From positions 334 through 64,333 of the forward strand of contig PLTG01000021.1 of NCBI GenBank assembly GCA_003165355.1: a stretch of DNA of 64,000 bases. Direction: 5' to 3'. Positions 62,385 through 64,000 of the stretch are shown piece by piece. Each line of letters starts with the position of its first letter. The stretch's first letter is position 1. The notes below the pieces were generated by a model. The model worked only from the letters and a program-made list of their open reading frames with translations. It made no database searches and was not told where the DNA came from. The stretch is from Candidatus Babelota bacterium (GTDB taxonomy: Bacteria; Babelota; Babeliae; Babelales; Babelaceae). Both the position numbers and the translations under genes were made by a program.

Positions 62385-63472
62385 TGAGCATTTTTTACGC
62401 AATTAATAATAATTCCGATCATGCAAAGATGCGACAAGAGTGATGATGCCCCGTAGCTGATAAAAGGCAGCCCTATCCCTTTGGTAGGCAGCAATGCACA
62501 AGCAACGCCGATATTGATAGTCGTTTGCAGGGTGATAAGAATAATAATCCCTGCTATGCACAAGAAGGGGAAAAGGTCCTGCATCGACGCAGCGAGTTTC
62601 AGCCCTACAAAACAAAAGAGTGCATAGATTACTATCAGCGCGCAGACGCCTACAAAGCCAGTCTCTTCAGCGATAATAGCAAAAATAAAATCAGTATGAT
62701 GCATAGGCAAATAAAAGAACTTCTGTTTTGACCCTGCTATGCCCAAGCCCGTCCAGCCCCCTGAACCGATTGCGATAAGTGATTGGATAATCTGAAACCC
62801 TGCGCCTTGCGGATCTTTCCATGGATTTTGATAAATTAAAATGCGGTGAAAGCGGTAAGGTTTAAGAAATACCAGGAGCCCTAAGATAGGCAGCACGGGG
62901 ATTGCCGTGAATGCAAGATAGCGTAGTGGCACTTGTGCAAGAAAAAAAAGAATCGCAGCGGTCAAACTGAGCGTGACCATCTGCCCAAAATCTGGTTGCA
63001 GCAACAAAATACCTGCTGTGATGCCGATGACACAGAGCAATTGTGTATAGTGCACAAGCGAATGCAAGGTGAACTGTTTTTTATCGAGAAAGTAGGCGCA
63101 ATATACAATAAAAAAAAGTTTTAATAATTCACTGGGTTGAAAAGAAAATCCCATGAGAGACAGCCATCTGTGCGAACCATGTATTGAAACACCTATATGG
63201 GGCACAAGCGTTGCCGCGGTTGCCAGGAGTGCGCACAAGAAAAAAAATGGCGCCGCTTTTTTGAGAAATGGTAATGGTATAACACTAAAAAAGATGCATC
63301 CAACTATTCCCAGGACGAGTCCTAAAAACTGTTTTTTAACATAAAATAGAGCATCATTATACCGCTCTAATGCATATGCTGAGCTTGATGAATAGATAAA
63401 GATAAAACCGATAGTGGTTAAGAGAGTTACCAAAAATAAAAATATATAAAGATTCGTTAAGTTCTTTTTCAT
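62354..63472 (-). CDS. SEDS-family peptidoglycan polymerase (FtsW/RodA)
   Basis: 10-TM protein with GSGGWTGLGIAGSKQKFFYLPMHHTDFIFAIIAEETGFVG. The 3' end overlaps the convergent USP gene by 31 nt. Confidence 0.9.
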   Translation of the reverse strand: MKKNLTNLYIFLFLVTLLTTIGFIFIYSSSSAYALERYNDALFYVKKQFLGLVLGIVGCIFFSVIPLPFLKKAAPFFFLCALLATAATLVPHIGVSIHGSHRWLSLMGFSFQPSELLKLFFIVYCAYFLDKKQFTLHSLVHYTQLLCVIGITAGILLLQPDFGQMVTLSLTAAILFFLAQVPLRYLAFTAIPVLPILGLLVFLKPYRFHRILIYQNPWKDPQGAGFQIIQSLIAIGSGGWTGLGIAGSKQKFFYLPMHHTDFIFAIIAEETGFVGVCALIVIYALFCFVGLKLAASMQDLFPFLCIAGIIILITLQTTINIGVACALLPTKGIGLPFISYGASSLLSHLCMIGIIINCVKNAHHSITSARPR

Positions 63473-63682
63473 AAGAGAAATTTTATAGAGTTTATGTGAT
63501 AAAAGTCAATACTGTTATTTATGTGTGAAGCAAAACCGCAACTTATTCATAAACTCACTTATGAGCGAATAGAAAAAGAGATAGCGCGGATAAAAGCTCT
63601 TGGCGCTTAACTGTAATCATTGATAAAAATGCACTATTCCTGTTACCCTGAGGTAGATCTTAAAAAAAGAGAAGGGACAGAT

Positions 63683-64000
63683 ATGAAGAATATATGGTTG
63701 ATGGTATGCGTGGGCTTGGGATTAGCGCACGGACTTTATAGCTATGATGTTAATAAAGTAGTGGCGATAGCAGAAAATTACTGCCGAACCATCCCATTAA
63801 AGAATCTTGAGGACCTACTTGAAACTTTATCTTATCCCAGTACCACATTGTATTACAAACTTAACGCCAATCTAGGCCCCCTTCAGGGTATGAGGTGGGG
63901 TCCAAAGAGTGTCTTTAAGACGCATTTTAGTGAGTGTATTCAGGTTCATAGAGCGAATGATCTTGATAAATTAACCATAAACCCATCAGAGCTGAGTGCG
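63683..64000 (+). CDS. secreted hypothetical protein, 3' end cut by window edge
   Basis: ATG at 63683 lies behind agaagggaca. Leader MKNIWLMVCVGLGLAHGLYS. The frame stays open to the window end. Confidence 0.5.
   Translation, partial: MKNIWLMVCVGLGLAHGLYSYDVNKVVAIAENYCRTIPLKNLEDLLETLSYPSTTLYYKLNANLGPLQGMRWGPKSVFKTHFSECIQVHRANDLDKLTINPSELSA

Noticed and set aside
1-64000. tRNA and rRNA genes, and IS elements or integrases.
   Set aside because: Scanning the intergenic regions by eye turned up no T-loop (GGTTCGAATCC-like) or acceptor-stem pattern and no rRNA-like conserved block. No transposase or recombinase-like ORF was recognised in the track. tRNAscan-SE and Infernal would be needed to exclude small RNAs formally.

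Overview
This is an AT-rich, gene-dense bacterial window with conserved housekeeping blocks interrupted by accessory islands. No rRNA, tRNA, CRISPR array, transposase or integrase was recognised by eye.

The core comprises hflX, ffh, rpsP-KH-trmD(fusion)-rplS, murC, a MerR regulator, yidC, recR, pepP, an NhaC-type transporter, rplM and rseP. It also includes a complete str/S10/spc/alpha ribosomal superoperon from rpsL to rplQ (24.9-44.1 kb), then nfu, pepA and an FtsW/RodA homolog.

Almost every accessory ORF starts with a Sec-type leader. Several carry eukaryote-like modules:
- two C2H2 zinc fingers
- a perfect leucine zipper
- leucine-rich repeat (LRR) proteins
- an F-box/LRR protein
- a USP-type deubiquitinase
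- a secreted GNAT acetyltransferase

This content suggests a host-associated or intracellular lineage, possibly Dependentiae/TM6-like or a similar amoeba symbiont. That placement is an inference only.

The main candidate for a new system is a 9.1-kb tandem array of five divergent paralogs (47547-56690). They encode ~570-630-aa secreted proteins. The only invariant polar motifs are a hydrophobic strand followed by GHG, then, 36-44 residues later, a hydrophobic strand followed by (Q/L)(T/S)C. This is the clan-CD (caspase-like) His/Cys dyad pattern in an otherwise unrecognisable family.

Other notable structure:
- Three accessory cassettes are each bracketed by a duplicated 3' end or terminator of the upstream gene (pepP, nfu, and the lipoprotein gene overlapping the rplS 3' end).
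- A dispersed GC-rich repeat family occurs at three loci.
- TrmD is fused to a second SPOUT (Tm1570-like) domain.
- There is a secreted kinase-like protein.
- A lambda-R-type lysozyme gene heads a three-gene operon.

All calls come from reading the translations and the DNA by eye. No database search was run.
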